A stretch of 64,000 nt of DNA from Sphyrna mokarran (Eukaryota), in contig JAGIQG010000004.1 in assembly GCA_024679065.1 (NCBI GenBank), positions 54,312,001 through 54,376,000 of the forward strand, given 5' to 3'. The position numbers were made by a program, and so were the translations under genes. Positions 1 through 13,310 of the stretch are shown one piece after another. A model generated the notes under the pieces. That model did no database searches. It worked only from the letters and a program-made list of their open reading frames with translations, and was not told the DNA's origin. Each line of letters starts with the position of its first letter. Position 1 is the first letter of the stretch.

Positions 1-194
1 TATGTTTGGAACATCATTTGTGACCAAAAATGAATATGTCCTTTCTTAAAAAACTATCTGTACTCCAGCTTATAAGATAACAATCACTCCTTCTTTACCT
101 GCACATATACTTTCAGTGATTGATATATGAGAACATCAAAGACTCGAGTATCCACTCAACTACACTCATTTGATTATTAATCTGAATTCCTATT

Positions 195-1060
195 ATTACT
201 ACCAAAGTGGATAACCTCATATTTATTCACATTATACTGCATCTATCATGCATATGTCCATAAACTCAATGTATCCAAAACACAGAAACTTCGCTGCATG
301 CTCTTCACAGCTCACCTTTCCACTCAACTTTATGTAATCCACAAATATTGGGCTGATATTAGCCACCCTCCAATTTATAGGAACCAGAATAGAGTTCAAA
401 GAATTTTGGGAAGTAAGCATCAATGGATATACTATTTCCATGGATAATTCCTCAAGCACACGGAGATGAAGATAATCAGGCCCTGAAGATTTATCCACCT
501 TCAATTCGATCAATTTTGCATTTATTTTTCTCTATGATTGCTGATTTCCTTCAATTCCTTACTGAAACTTATTTCTCTCAGGAGTTCCGGTACATTATTC
601 GTGTTATTTCTTTGTGGAGATTGAAGCAAAGTATTAATCACTTCTTTGTTCCCGTTATGAATTCTCCTGTTTCCCACTGTAAGGGGCCTACTTTCGTTTT
701 TACAATCTTTTTCTCTCTACATATCTGTAGAAACGTTTACAGTCAATTTTTATGTTCCTCACTAACTTACTTCCATACTCTATTTTCCCCTCGTTAATCA
801 ATCCCTTGGTCCTGTTTGGCTGAATTTTAAACTGCACACAATTGACAGGCTATTGCTTTTCCTTGTCAATATGTGTGCTTCTTCCTTGAATATAATATTA
901 TCTCTAATTTCCCTTGTAAGCCATGGTTTGGCCACAGTTCCCTTACCATTCTTAAGCCAGATAGGAATAAACAGTTTCTGGGGTTCACCTATTCATTTCT
1001 TAAATGCCTGCCATTGTCTACCCACTGTCTTTCCTTTCAGTAATGTTTCCCAGTCCATCA
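195..1060 (-). mobile_element. Degenerate CR1 LINE fragment
   Basis: ELKVDKSSGPD...NWRVANISPIF motif of CR1 ORF2. Confidence 0.8.
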
Positions 1061-2619
1061 TGGAATGTGACATGAAGGGACAGAGCACACCAATATAACA
1101 GCGCACCAGCAAATGGGAGCAAAGTAGGAAACAAGGTACAAGGACACAATTTGATTCAATTGTGGTTTCCAAAGAAGAATTGGACAATCATCAGGTGAGA
1201 GAAAATGTAGGGCTGTGGGGACGAGGAGAGTTGCCATTGCAAACAGCTGGCATGGACATGACAGGCAACAGGCCCTTTTATATGCCGCAAACATTTTATT
1301 AGTTGACTCTAAGTGAATTTATCTGAATGCATGCAAGATTAATTTCAAGGTAGATGAAGAGACAGCACAAGTAGGAACAAACTGATATTTCATTGTTGTT
1401 TTTGTAGAAACATAGGCTGTGATTCTTCCATTGCAGCCCACAACTTTTCTGTTGGGTTGCAGTGAGAGATGCGTGTCATCGTCATTGAACAGGGATTTGC
1501 ACATGCACCAGGAACGCATCTCCCAGAGCCGGTGAACAGTCGCTAATCAGACCTGGAAGCTGACGGGAAGGCAGGTAAATAATTTAAATCTTTTTTTATT
1601 ATGTTTAAATACGTTTACTAATTCATTATCAGGACTTTCAAATTAAATCTCCCATCACACCAGGAATACTTCATTCCGACAGGGTTCAGACCAGCTTTCA
1701 TGTTCAGGGATCTTGTGGGAGTTGCTTCTGCAATGAAGTGTGGAGGGTGGCACCTAGGGTTCCTCAGTGGGTTGGACGGCATTGGGGTGGTGCCCCTGGG
1801 GCATGGGCACACTGACAATGCCAGCATGCTGCCATGGGGTACCTTGGCACTGCTAGTTGAGCATGGGCTGTGCTAATGGGGAGGGCTTATTGTGGGAAGG
1901 GCTCGGGGTGATCAGTGGGTGTAGGTGTCTATCTGCCACTATGCAGACAGTATCAGTCTGGGATGGAGGGAGTGCAATGATTGGGGTGTGGTGGAAGAGG
2001 ATGCCAGTGGGCTGGAGGAAGATCTCCTGAGGAGTGGGCTGCATTGGTGGGGAACTGGGTGTGGGGTATGGCAAGGTGAGGGGACTGAAGGGATCACCAC
2101 TGTTTGGGAGGGGCATGGTTTGTGAATCAGTGCACTCCAGGATCGGGGGGTGGTGGCGGTGGGATGGGGGGTGGTCAGGGCCAGTCCTGGAATTGTTGCA
2201 GTACCACGATCGGGCTATGGGTGTCAGGAGGGACAGCGCTAGGCTGGCTAATGATTGGGCTGTCCAGCAAATGGGGTGTCTGACAGATTGGGACAACTGT
2301 ATATGTGCAGAGTTTCAGAATGGTCAACCTTTGGGATGAATAGGGCCCCGACCACTCCCTGGTTTTTAATGAGATTCATGACTAGAACTTCTGCAGTGCA
2401 CAGAGTGCGGAGATTCGGATGAGAAAGTGAACTGACAAAACAGTTAGGATCTTCCCACAATCCAAATATGGGCAGCTTAGTTTGATCAGTCATGCTAAAT
2501 TCACTTCATTGACAGGATAAATACATGGAGTTATTGGGATAGGGCATGGGTGAAACTGTTGTCAGTGCAGGCATAATGGTTGAAAGGCTTCCATCTGAAC
2601 TGTGGGGATTCTGTGATAT

Positions 2620-3540
2620 TCAAAAAAAGAGGGAGATGGAGAGCAGAAAATCATGAACCAATTGGCTGAGCACTTGTCATTGGAATAATGCTGGAATGCA
2701 TCAATAAAGAAGTAGTAGTAATAGTAGAGCATTCTTAAACTCATGGTACAACGAAGCAGGAACACTATTTTATGAAAGATACTTTTTGACAAACTTTGAG
2801 GTGTAACAAGCAGGTTGGATAAATGGGAACTAATTGATGGAGTGCATTTGGAATTCTAAAAAGGATTTGATAAATTGGCACATCAAAAATTACTGTATGA
2901 GAATTCAAAGTCTTGATATTAATTCATTAACCTGAATAGAGGATTGACTAACAGGAAACAGAAAGTATGAATAAATCAGAAATAACAAGGCTGGGAATGA
3001 ACTAACTGAATGCCAAAAGGATTGTTGCCGGACCCTCAAGTCTTTGCTCTCTGTATTAACTAATTATTTTGCCGCTAATTTTGCTGATAATATAAAAATA
3101 GAAAGGAAAGCAATCATGAAGAGAGCATGAAAAGAGTATGCAAAATTGTACAATAGTTTAGATGATTGGCTAAAATTTGATAGATACAATATAATATGAG
3201 AAAATATGGGGCTATCCACTTTGGTAGAAAGAATAAAAGAAGGATATTATTTACATGGTCAGAAATTACAGGGCACAAAGGGATCTGGGTAATATTATAC
3301 ATGAATTACAAAAGTATTAATATGTAGTTAGACCAAGTGCTTGGGAATGCTTGGAATATTGCCCTTATTCAAGGGTTGGGGTAAGAAGCAGGAATTGTTA
3401 CAACTGCAAGGACATTAACAAGATAATGCTAGAAGACACCATATAGTTTTGGCCTCCCTATTTAAGGAAGATATTCTTGCACTTGTCAGGTTGGAGAAGG
3501 TACACTAGGTTGATTCCAGGGGTGAAAGGTTCCACTTAGA
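2620..3540 (+). mobile_element. Degenerate CR1 RT fragment
   Basis: Decayed remnants of the DFxKAFDK, FADD and HFGRKN motifs. Confidence 0.65.
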
Positions 3541-5374
3541 AAGTTCAATCCAGTTAAAGTGATCAATTAGAAACATGCAGTCTCATTTCTTTAGACATTG
3601 AATTAATAATAATGTTATAATTTAATTTGCTTTTGCATCTAATTTGTAATTTGCCAATTCTAATTCTGCATCTTTTTCAGCCCTTCATCTATTTCTCCAT
3701 CTCTAAATGTCATTGGTTCACATACAATTTACTATGTTATGAACCAAAGCCTCAGAAGCCCTGTTGACTTTCAATTCGTATCTATAGCAATATACAACAC
3801 AAAGCTATTCAGTCATTAGTGTGCTTGCACTATGAACAATTATGAGGCCTGACTTGCTGTTGTGAGCTTAATAAGCAATTAATCTGCAAAATGCAACAGC
3901 TTCATCAAAGAAAAGGACTAAAACTAGTGACTAATTGGTGCAAAACCACCATCACAGAATCCCCATCACAAGTACATTTTGTTTAATGATTTTATTGCTG
4001 GGCCTAGTAATTTATTTCTGGTCAAGAACTTTAATATCAATCTATAAGGACAGTGTAACTGACTCTGTCAAGTATTCCAGTTAAAGTCAGGTTTGCTGCT
4101 TTGCATTCAATGATTAACCTCAAGTCCTCAATACGCATTGCGGTTTTAGAGAACTTCATCCTTTAACGCATTTGTGTTCAAATGCATGCACTTTAATGAA
4201 AAAACATATTTATTTAATGTTCTGTGTAATATTCTCATTTTTCAATCTATCTAGGGCTTCCTAGTTCTTCTTAAAACCTGAGTTTCAATTTTCTTTATAA
4301 CTGAACATTATTGACATGAGAGACACTATGTTGGCCATGTAGGTCCAAGTTCCCTGAAAATCTTCAAACTGACATCAATCAGCCACAGCCCATAATCAAT
4401 TCGTAAACAAAATCCATTATCATTTCATAGCACCTGCCCTGACTTGACTGGTACCCAGTTAAGCTCCACACAATCACATAAAGACAAAAGTTTATTTTCT
4501 TCAAAAAAATATTTCTCCTTGTTTGTGTGTAATTGTTTGCTTTTTCTGTTTTATTATGTGGAGAAAAGCATCATTATTTTTGAAGGTTTTGATCGAAATT
4601 CTTGCATTTCATTGTATTTTTCCATGTTTATTTTGAGTTCCAAGTTGTTATTTGTTGTAGCTGTAAAAGCCTAGTTTTATGAATAATTAACTGCTGCATT
4701 TTGCTGCTTTGACTTGTGTGGTAGAGACATGAAACATCTCTTTCTTTGGTCTTTGGAACAGTAATTTTTTAGGCCAACTCCGGTCTCCTATACTTTTGAC
4801 ATTGTTTACGGTCAGCTCTCAACATTGACACTTGGCTATTGGTTCACATGCTAACTCTTTCCTGCTTACACTAAACACGAATGCTTCGAGGCTTCATATC
4901 ATGTCATTGAGACATGCAAATTATCTGGCTATTGCTTACATTCTGCTGGCTTGTGGGTCTGTCCAATTTGCTGTCGTGCCTGCTGAGATAAATTGTGTAG
5001 GAGCAATTATAATCTGCAGAGAATTGAAATGTTCGGAATTAATAAATACTTCTGTAAATGTCAGATTGTAGGCAGTCATAAGGCTTTAGGCAGATCTTCA
5101 ATTCCAATTGATACGTATTCATAAAACCGTGGGTGGAGATTGTTAAAGATAAATAGTAAAAGAAAATTCATGTACTGTGAGTGCAGCTGACAAGATAATA
5201 TGTCTGGTTACCCTTGAGAACTGCTGCAATCCATGTGGTATAGATGCACCCACAGTGCTGTTAGGAAGATAGCACCAAGATTTTAATCCATCTGAAGTGA
5301 GGGACTGGTGATTTAGTTCCAGATCAGGATGCAGTATGTCTTGGAGGAAGAACTGCAGCTGGTAATGTTAACAT

Positions 5375-6232
5375 GGGAGCAACCTTATAAAAAAAAAAGT
5401 GCCGATTAGTGCCAAATGATCAAGAAAATGGGAGACTTTCAGATCCATTTTTTGGTCGAGTTTAAAAATGCAACCTTACGTCACTTTGTGCAGAGAAAAT
5501 GCACAACCTGTTTCTTGCCAGTAGGGGAGGGGGCGGGTTCGAGGCTCACATAAAAGTCGTCTGCTTCCTCCAGAGGGTGCATAGTCAGACGTCTTGGTTC
5601 TGTGGAAGAGAGATCTGCCAAGTAACTACTCCCCCCTCCAGATATTGCTGGCCTCCCTGGCCAATCAGCAACCCTCATTGCGCAAATGATGCTGACCAAA
5701 ATACCAGCGCATACCTTTCTTGCCAAACTGATTGCCTCCTGAGACCTCGGTCCTGGTCTGGCTGATCGCTGTTGCACAGTAAGCAGCTTTCTCCCCAGTC
5801 GCTTGCTCTTGCAGAGTGCACAGTTTCCCTTCCCAGCCAAACTTCATTGCAGTGTGCGCAAATTCCCTCTCCCAATTCCCCTTCGGCCTTAGCCCCATCA
5901 TAGCCCTCTTCCTTGTCAATGCCCACCCCCTCAGGCCACGCCTCCTTGGCATTGACCCGCCCTCTGCACTGGACCTCCCAGGGGGCTTCAACAACTTTTG
6001 GTCCTATCAGTGACGCCATCATGTCAAGTTCCTGTTGATGCTATTTAAAATAGACTTAAATATTGAAATTAGACTAATACCCCTTTAAAGTGCAAGACTG
6101 ATCATGCTGGGCATCCGGGTCTGGTAAAATCGTGAATGGCGAAAATCGAGAGTGAACCCAATCTTTCATCTCTTGCACAAACTTATCAGTTCATTCTACG
6201 TGATTTCATGACAAGAAGGTAAGATTGTTCCC
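5375..6232. mobile_element. PIF/Harbinger-like non-autonomous DNA transposon
   Basis: TIRs GGGAGCAACCTTAT / GTAAGATTGTTCCC (11/14 match); 3-bp TSD CAT (5372-5374, 6233-6235); minus-strand Myb/SANT-like remnant (GEKAAYCATAISQTRT...NQFGKK); inserted in an older LINE. Confidence 0.6.
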
Positions 6233-7389
6233 CATGTGTTTGCTGTCCTAATCTTTCTAGTGATAGAAATTTGTTGAAGGAGTTTTACTGCATATGGTAT
6301 ATGGTACATACTGATGACATTGTGCATTGGTAGTGAAGAGAATGAAATCTAAATAGCCGTGGATAGAGAATTGATGAAGTGTGATGTTTTGTCCTGGATT
6401 GTGTGGACCCCTTTGTTGTAGAAACATTCATCAAGGTTAGTCCATCTCACTCCTGAGTTGTGATTAGATGATGGCAGGAAGGCTTTGAGGAGCTTGAAAC
6501 TGAATTGCCTATTGCAAAATTCCAGTTTCTATTCTGTTCTTGTAACCACATTGTTATATGGCTGGTCCGATTAAATTTCGGTCAATGATAACCCCTAGGT
6601 AATGTCTCTAAATGTCAAGGGGAGGTAGTGTGTTATCCCTTGTTTGATGTGTTCATTTTCTGACATTTCTGTGATATGAATGTTACTTGCCACATATCAA
6701 CACAAATCTGAATATTTTCCAGGTATTGCTGCATATGGACACAGACAATGACAACCTCTCTAAGTGTGGGTGGAGACACTAACGAGCCCAGAAAATACCG
6801 TTCTGGTTTTGGTAATCATACTGAAATTGGAACTGCAACATGGTAATCAATCTTGCACAAATTTCCAGCACATGGCTGATTACGTTCAAAAATATTGCCT
6901 TGGGACTTATGATCAGCCAGGCACCAGTCAGAAGTTCCACTATAGGCTTTCCACTGATGTCTCCCTGCCTGGGCTACTCAAACAATGTAATGGTCTGGGA
7001 GAATTGCCCCGTAATGAGTTAGACAATAGGAATCATCATGTACACAGCAATTCAGGGAGAATGTGCACTGTAATCTTGTTAATGCCAAATAAAGCTTTGC
7101 CTATTCAATCCACATACTAAAAAGAATGTCGTGCTCTACTCTCTATACACTCAGAGATTTAGAACTCTGACCCTTTTTGGTGTTGTACATCTTGTGGTGC
7201 TGCACTTCATTTTGCCAGCACAACATGGTAGAACATAAATCGAATCCTCCTAGCCCGCTGAATCTGGCCCATCACGAATTTCCCAGGCCCTTTTTTAGTA
7301 TAATCTCTTCCATGATGGAAATAGATGTAGGGCTGATGGGTATATTGATTTCAATTTTAGTATGATGAGTAGGCCCAGGATGGTTGACT

Positions 7390-8750
7390 CAGGGCATGCT
7401 AGAATCTTCCCCACTGCCGGGAGAGTTTCTCACCAGCGGGTTTATAACGCTCCCCACCAATGGGAAAAAGACGTGCTCATGCTGCTGATGGGGATGAAGC
7501 CTTAGAGGGCCCCCCTGGGAGGTCAGAAGAGGGGATGCCCCTTGTGTATTGCTAGCTTGGCACTCTGGCACTGCCCATTCAGCACGATTCAATGCCAAGG
7601 AGGTGGGGCCAGAGGAGGAGGGACACACTGGAAAGGCGGAACAAACTGGTAGGGTAAGTGGTGGTGGTTGTTGGGAACACACTGCCACTCTGCAATGGGA
7701 TTAATGGGGAAGGATTGAGGCAGCCATTGGGGCTGACCATGTGGGAAGTATTGGGGCTGGTCTAGGGGGCCGGTCTGGAAGGCTAGCAATCGGTGTGTGG
7801 AGATCACGAAGGCCTGTGATTTGGAGAACTCAGTGCCCATGCATTAATGTACCTACTGACAGATTGGCGCATACGCAGTGGTCCACTGCGCGCTTTGCTG
7901 CCTTACTCTCAGATGGGAATAGGCCCCGTCCCCTAGTTACAAGCATGGATTTTCCCTGCGGCGATTTGTGGAGAACAGAGAACTGAGATTTTACTGGTTT
8001 GATCTGCACATTGATGCCTGGGACATTGGCAATTCCCATTGGGCACCAAGGGGGCGGAGCCCATGGTGAGCGGGACATGAAGAGGTGGGACCTTTTTGGA
8101 AGACCCGAAATGAACAGTCCCATGGTGGGCGGGGACTGCGGGACAGGGCATTTAGTGGCGACACCTGAAGGAGACAGGACCAGTAGGGTGGGGCCTGGAG
8201 GGTTGGGGTCAGACTGGGGGCATGTCAGGGAGATAGAGGAGCTCTGTGGTATACTCTAAAGCTATGACGGTGAAGCCCGCAGCTGCTTTGAAGCTGGATT
8301 CAGTGGGGACGGGAAGGAGGGCTGCTGCACTGTCTGCATGTGATTGGTGGTGGGAGACCGGGGGCAGTACTGGCGGTGTTTTGTGATTGGTGGGAAGGGA
8401 GGAATGGGAGGGCCACTGTGGAATCGGTCTTGGCGGCGAGGCGGAGGCTGTATTTTCAGACAGTGTGGGACTTGTGATTGACCATGGGCCTCTGTGATTG
8501 TGTTGGGGTGTGTGGCGGATGGTGCTGTGTTGATGCTTGACGTTTCTTTGTCGCTGTCAGGCCTCTGCTATTGCAATTGCCTATATGTAGACACACAGAG
8601 ATCTGTGCGTGTGCAATAGCTCCTTCTGCTTCCTGATTAGGCTGGTTGGCAAATTTATTCCTGCTTATAGTGTGTAATAGCTAGAAACAATCTGGCCCAT
8701 TTTATCATACATATTGTGCACAACATTGGGAGTAAAAACTCGCCCCAAAA
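7390..8750. repeat. GC-rich interspersed repeat(s), probably non-autonomous DNA-transposon derived
   Basis: Abrupt GC/G-rich composition resembling 1560-2400 and 59900-60800; no convincing coding frame. Confidence 0.35.
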
Positions 8751-10327
8751 GGGATTTGCAACTCATCTATTTTCACGCTAGCTGGATGGGGTTAGGTTGG
8801 AATTTTACCGTCCCACCCGCCACGGGAATCATAAACTGAATACATGCAGGGATTTACCATTGATGTCAGGTAACTTCGGCAACACAAAAAGAGTACATAA
8901 ATGGCTGTTTACATCTTCTCTTCCCGTTGCCACTTGCTGCCCCATAAATAACCTGCTAAATTCATAGCAGGGAATTGATGATTGTAGCCTTCTGGAATTT
9001 CAAAATCAATATTTTCCATATTTATTGTGCATTTTTCACAAATACATGATAGTTTTATGCTTGAACTCTATAGAAAGACCCTTAGTCTATTGGCATTAGT
9101 AATCTTACCTTTCTGCAGCCTAAACCTTAGTGGACTCAGCCAACTGGCACATATTACAACACCATAGTGAAAACTGCACAACCCTGAATCACAGGCAGAT
9201 GAACATCGGCCAGAATCCTGGTGCTATCTCATTTTTCCTGTTAGATGTCCACGATTTGTCCCTGTCTGAGCTTTGTTCCCTTGGAGTGCAAGGAATCAAT
9301 TTCTTCTTTATTACAGTGGGCACTGCCTGTACTGTTCTGTCCAGCTCATTCCATCTCATCTAGTACAGATTTGGTAAAACAGGTGGGCCACATACTTCAT
9401 TTTCCAAGTTAATTTTGAATAACCACATTACGTTAAATGTAATTGAAAATAATTTATTGAATGAGCCTCTGGTCTATATTTCTGCAGCACTTGGTGCGAA
9501 TGGGAACAAAGTTATGGGGGAAAACAGGATTAGGCTATTGTATTGGATGATCAGCCATGATCGTAATGCATTGTGAAGCGACTCGGAGGGCCAATGCTTC
9601 CTCTTGCTCCTATCTTCTATGTTTCTATGTACTCTAGTGATCTTTCCTCTCTAACAGTAGAACTTGTGTCCCTGTGGAGATTAGCTTGTCTGACTCTCTA
9701 ATCAAAATGGGCCACTGTAAAGAATAATTTTGGAAGCAGCTTCAGTGCATTTTATGGAGTTTCGGGCGCAGAGGCTTTCCTCATCCCTCTCTATCCTGTG
9801 AGTGGAAAGACTCTAATTCAGATAGTATTTACAGCGAATGATTGCTGTCACCTCAGGCAATCGCTTGGTGACAACGGACTTTGAAAGGCAATTGTTAAAT
9901 TTGTTACACAATGGAAATTAATACTCATTTTTTAAAAGTTTAACTGATTGACAGTTTCTTGAAGTTCAAGTGACTCCTCATGAAATTGTATGATACAAAC
10001 CATGCACGCCGCATTTTAAGAATGCTCACGAGTTGAAGTTACAAAATGTCGATGCTACTTGATTGCTAATATCATAAAAAGATCGTCCTGCACATTTGAA
10101 ATCCGGAAGATTTTCAACTTGTCGACAGCTTCAACCTGGTTTTGGAAATCTTGTCATGGATTTGTTCTACAATAGTCCAGCAAGCAATTCCTTCAGGTGT
10201 GCTGTTCTACATTTTAGCCTGGCTGCAATCAATGTAAACAGTAATGAATGTATTTTAAAGTTTATAATCGAAAAGTCTGATCTTGCAATCATAAATATCT
10301 CACAACTGCAAACAGTATTTTAGATTC

Positions 10328-10465
10328 TCAGCTTCTTTCTTTCTTTGTTGAGTTCACTTTAGTATATTTTGCAAGTTTGTTTTGTTTAAGTTTTGATGCG
10401 TCTTTGGAATCAGCAAGCTGCAAGGCGACATTTGTCAGCTTCTTGTCTCCACCTCTTTGTTTAGT
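10328..10465 (-). pseudogene. Terminal-exon paralogue B3, open frame but ITIMs eroded
   Basis: Same acceptor and start as A3 (ctttcacag|ACTAAACAA); TKQRGGDKKLTNVALQLADSKDASKLKQNKLAKYTKVNSTKKERS*; first Tyr replaced by Asn. Confidence 0.75.
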
Positions 10466-11035
10466 CTGTGAAAGTAATATTTAATATCACAGTAAATCCA
10501 TCGTCCAATCATTATTGAGACAATTGACATTTTAACGAAAGACTTATGGAATTTCCTTCCATTAGTTCCAATTTCAGATTGTAATCAGATTTTGGATTGG
10601 CTTCCTTTCCCTTTTCGGCAGCCCTCCCCCAACCTTGTTGAAATTCCATTTGAAATTTCATGCAAAATGAATTCGCCTGTTAATATAGTTCATTGAAGAA
10701 AACAAATGAATTATTTGACTAAAATAGAAAAAGTAATTCCATGCTGCTTTGTTAAGGCTGTTGGGAAAGGTGATAGTACTCAAGATTAATTTAAGGCCCA
10801 ATTGTCTGATCATTGATAGCCGCAGTTATCTCACGGGGTTAGACTCTAGGAGACATTTTTCAATCGCCTTACTGCCATTCCCACTAACCTTCTGATCTCT
10901 GGACTTGAGGCAAAAATGGCAAACTTGTTTGAAATCAGCCGACAGTTCACAGTTGGTAGATTAAGCAAGGGAACTTTCCCATTTCCTACATTTCAGTGTC
11001 CTATCACATAATATTGATGCCATTACAGTAGATGA

Positions 11036-11151
11036 CTAAAGATCTACCTGGGAATATATGATACTTTCCTCTCTCTCCCTGGGGGTCTCCTTTTCCCTGG
11101 TTCAATTTTGATGGTGGAATAGGCCGAGCTATTGTCGGTACCTTTTTTTGT
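11036..11151 (-). pseudogene. ITIM-exon paralogue B2 (1-nt frameshift at a C run)
   Basis: Acceptor attttacag|; TKKGTDNSSAYSTIKIEPGKRRP, then shifted frame REREESIIYSQ|GTAGAT; read-through IIYSQVDL*. Confidence 0.65.
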
Positions 11152-11444
11152 CTGTAAAATAGATATTTTCCACATGTAGTTGAGGAATTTCTTGTTTCGT
11201 AGTTTGGACAAGCATTATTCCAGGCAGACCCGAAAAAGAAACGTGGATAATATTGACTTTGATTTTTGTGTGAAACCGACCACGAGCCCGCAGCCCGATT
11301 TGCATCTCTCCAGATTGCTATTTCCAACCAAGTCAGTAAGCGAAATGCCAATTAATAAGGATTTAATGAAATCTGTCCCATAAAGACAAAACTTTCCCCA
11401 ATCCCCTCAGATTCTGAACAATTAATCTGTTATGTATGGTCATA

Positions 11445-11690
11445 TCGTAGAATCCATATGGTGCCCTTCGGCCTACAGAGTCTGCATCCATCACAATCCC
11501 ACCCAGGTTCTATCCCCTTAACTCTACCTAATCCCCGCTAATCGGCTGACATAAAGGGATAATTCCCTTTATGTAAGAGGAAACCAGAGTCCCCAGAGGA
11601 AACCTAAGCCAATGTGGGGAGAATATGAATGCACAAACTCCACATAGATAGTTACCCGACTGAACCCGGGTACCTGGTGCTGACCACCTA
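11445..11690 (-). mobile_element. HE1/V-SINE-type tRNA-derived SINE
   Basis: Reverse of tgtggagtttg...ttctcccca core and CR1-derived tail. Confidence 0.65.
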
Positions 11691-11707
11691 GTTGAGTATC
11701 TTTCACC

Positions 11708-11835
11708 TCAATCCGTCAGTCCTGCCTGAGAATAGATGGTGTGCTCTTTCTTGTGTTTCGGTTTGGAGGGGCCCTTTTCCTTTCGTAGGCTTGAGTAGCG
11801 TAGGCGTCAATGTTCTCACCCGGCCTTTGTCTAAC
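11708..11835 (-). pseudogene. ITIM-exon paralogue B1 (1-nt frameshift)
   Basis: Acceptor tatttttacag|; VRQRPGENID, then shifted frame LRYSSLRKEKGPSKPKHKKEHTIYSQ|GCAGGA; read-through AGLTD*. Confidence 0.65.
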
Positions 11836-12929
11836 CTGTAAAAATAAGACACAAAATATTGAAAGCGGCGACTCTGCCTCTATAGCGAGCTACTGTCAAT
11901 TCTAATTAATTCTGTCAATGTAAATATGCAGACCGTAAACAATAAAACTAGTTTGCAAGTGCACTCTTTCCCTTTTCGACTATTGTATCCAATATTGAAC
12001 AATAGGGTGGAGAGTATTTGTTGAATCACTTCAAGGGATGTTGGCTTCGCTGGCTAAGCTAACATACATTGACAGTCAATAATTGCACTTAAACCACTCC
12101 AGTCGGTGTCGGGTACGTGTGTTTCTGGTATTTTTAGGGAAGTCCTTCCACGATTCCGACTCAGCGACAGTGAAGAAACTGCAATATTTTTCCAAGCCAG
12201 GGTTTTCATTGATTTAGAGGGGAACTTCAACGTAGTGTTCCTATATATCTGCTTCGATATAGGACGAGTTGGTGCTGCTGGAGAGCCAGATCAGTCGGAA
12301 AGAAAAGCAGAACTTCTTCAGATAGGCATTCCTGGAAGATAAATGGCAGTGAAGTAAACATTAAGATAAAAACAAAATATTGCAATGCTGGAATCTGAAA
12401 CAAAATCAGAAAACACAGGAAAATCTCAGTAGGCCTGACAGCATCTGAGGAGAGAGGATAGAATATTAGCTCAATTCTGTTTCCACTGACGCTCATGATG
12501 TAGAGGTGCCGGCGTTGGATTGGGGTAAACTCAGTAAAGTTTTACAACACCAATTTTAAATCCAACCAATTTATTTGATAGTACTATCAAAGAAATTGGT
12601 TGGATTTAAAATTACAAAGAACAAAGAACAAAACAGCATGGGAAACAGGCCTTTCGGCCCAACGAGCCGCGCCGCCACCCCGATGTTCCCATCTCTACCC
12701 GCGATCCCGGTCCATGTTTATAGATCAGTGGATTTAAAACCAAATTTGAGACAATTTAGGGAGAATTTGTTTTGCCAATTAGCCTAAGAGCACATCTTTG
12801 GGATGTGGGAGGAAACCGGAGCACCGGTTGTGTTGTAAAACTTGACTGAGTCCACTGATGCTGTCAGACCTGCTGAGATTTCCAGCATTTTCTGTTTTTG
12901 TCTCAGATTCCAGCATCTACAGTATTTTA

Positions 12930-13310
12930 CTTTTAGCTTTTGGGCCATATGTTCGAAGCCCTTGTCCTTTTAGATGACAGTGGTCGTGAGTTTGGAAGGT
13001 GCTGTCTACGAAGCCTTAATGCGTTTCTGCAATGTATCTTGCAGATGGTATACACTGCTGCCACTGTATGTCGGTGGTAGAGGAAATTTTCTTTCTGGTT
13101 GGGTTGCCAATCAGACGCCCACTTTGTCCTGGATGGTGTCGAGCTTCTTGAGTGTTGTGGAACTGCTGTCATCCAGGCAAGTGGAAAGAATTCCATCACA
13201 TTCCTCACTTGTGCCTTGTAGATTGTGCACCTGCTTTGGGGAGTCAGGAGGTGAGATACTCGCTGCTAGATTCTTAGCCTCTGACCTGCCCTTGTAGCTA
13301 CAATCTTTAT
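12930..13310 (-). mobile_element. Non-LTR LINE 3' fragment (CR1/L2-group)
   Basis: VMEFFPLAWM...TTLKKLDTIQDK, typical of LINE ORF2 C-termini; related fragments at 5180-6760 and 57180-57660. Confidence 0.6.

Larger units (their letters stand above)
1..3904. repeat. Segmental duplication block, copy 1 (direct repeat of 58375-62315)
   Basis: Colinear high similarity throughout, from tatgtttggaacatcatttgtgacc to aatgcaacagcttca, including the same nested repeat fragments. Confidence 0.95.
4260..11850. repeat. Ancient duplicated unit B (colinear with ~17890-23100)
   Basis: Ordered similarity islands: 4290-4600~17900-18210, 4940-5100~18500-18660, 9930-10080~20290-20430, 10328-10465~21087-21230, 11195-11335~22770-22860, 11726-11835~22985-23063. 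Confidence 0.75.

Noticed and set aside
1853-2339. Pro-rich and Gly-rich ORFs (also 60015-60729 and 7389-8259)
   Set aside because: They lie in GC-rich repeats, and the frames are not preserved between the duplicated copies.
6764-7120. 118-aa plus-strand ORF
   Set aside because: No recognisable domain and no splice context linking it to other exons.
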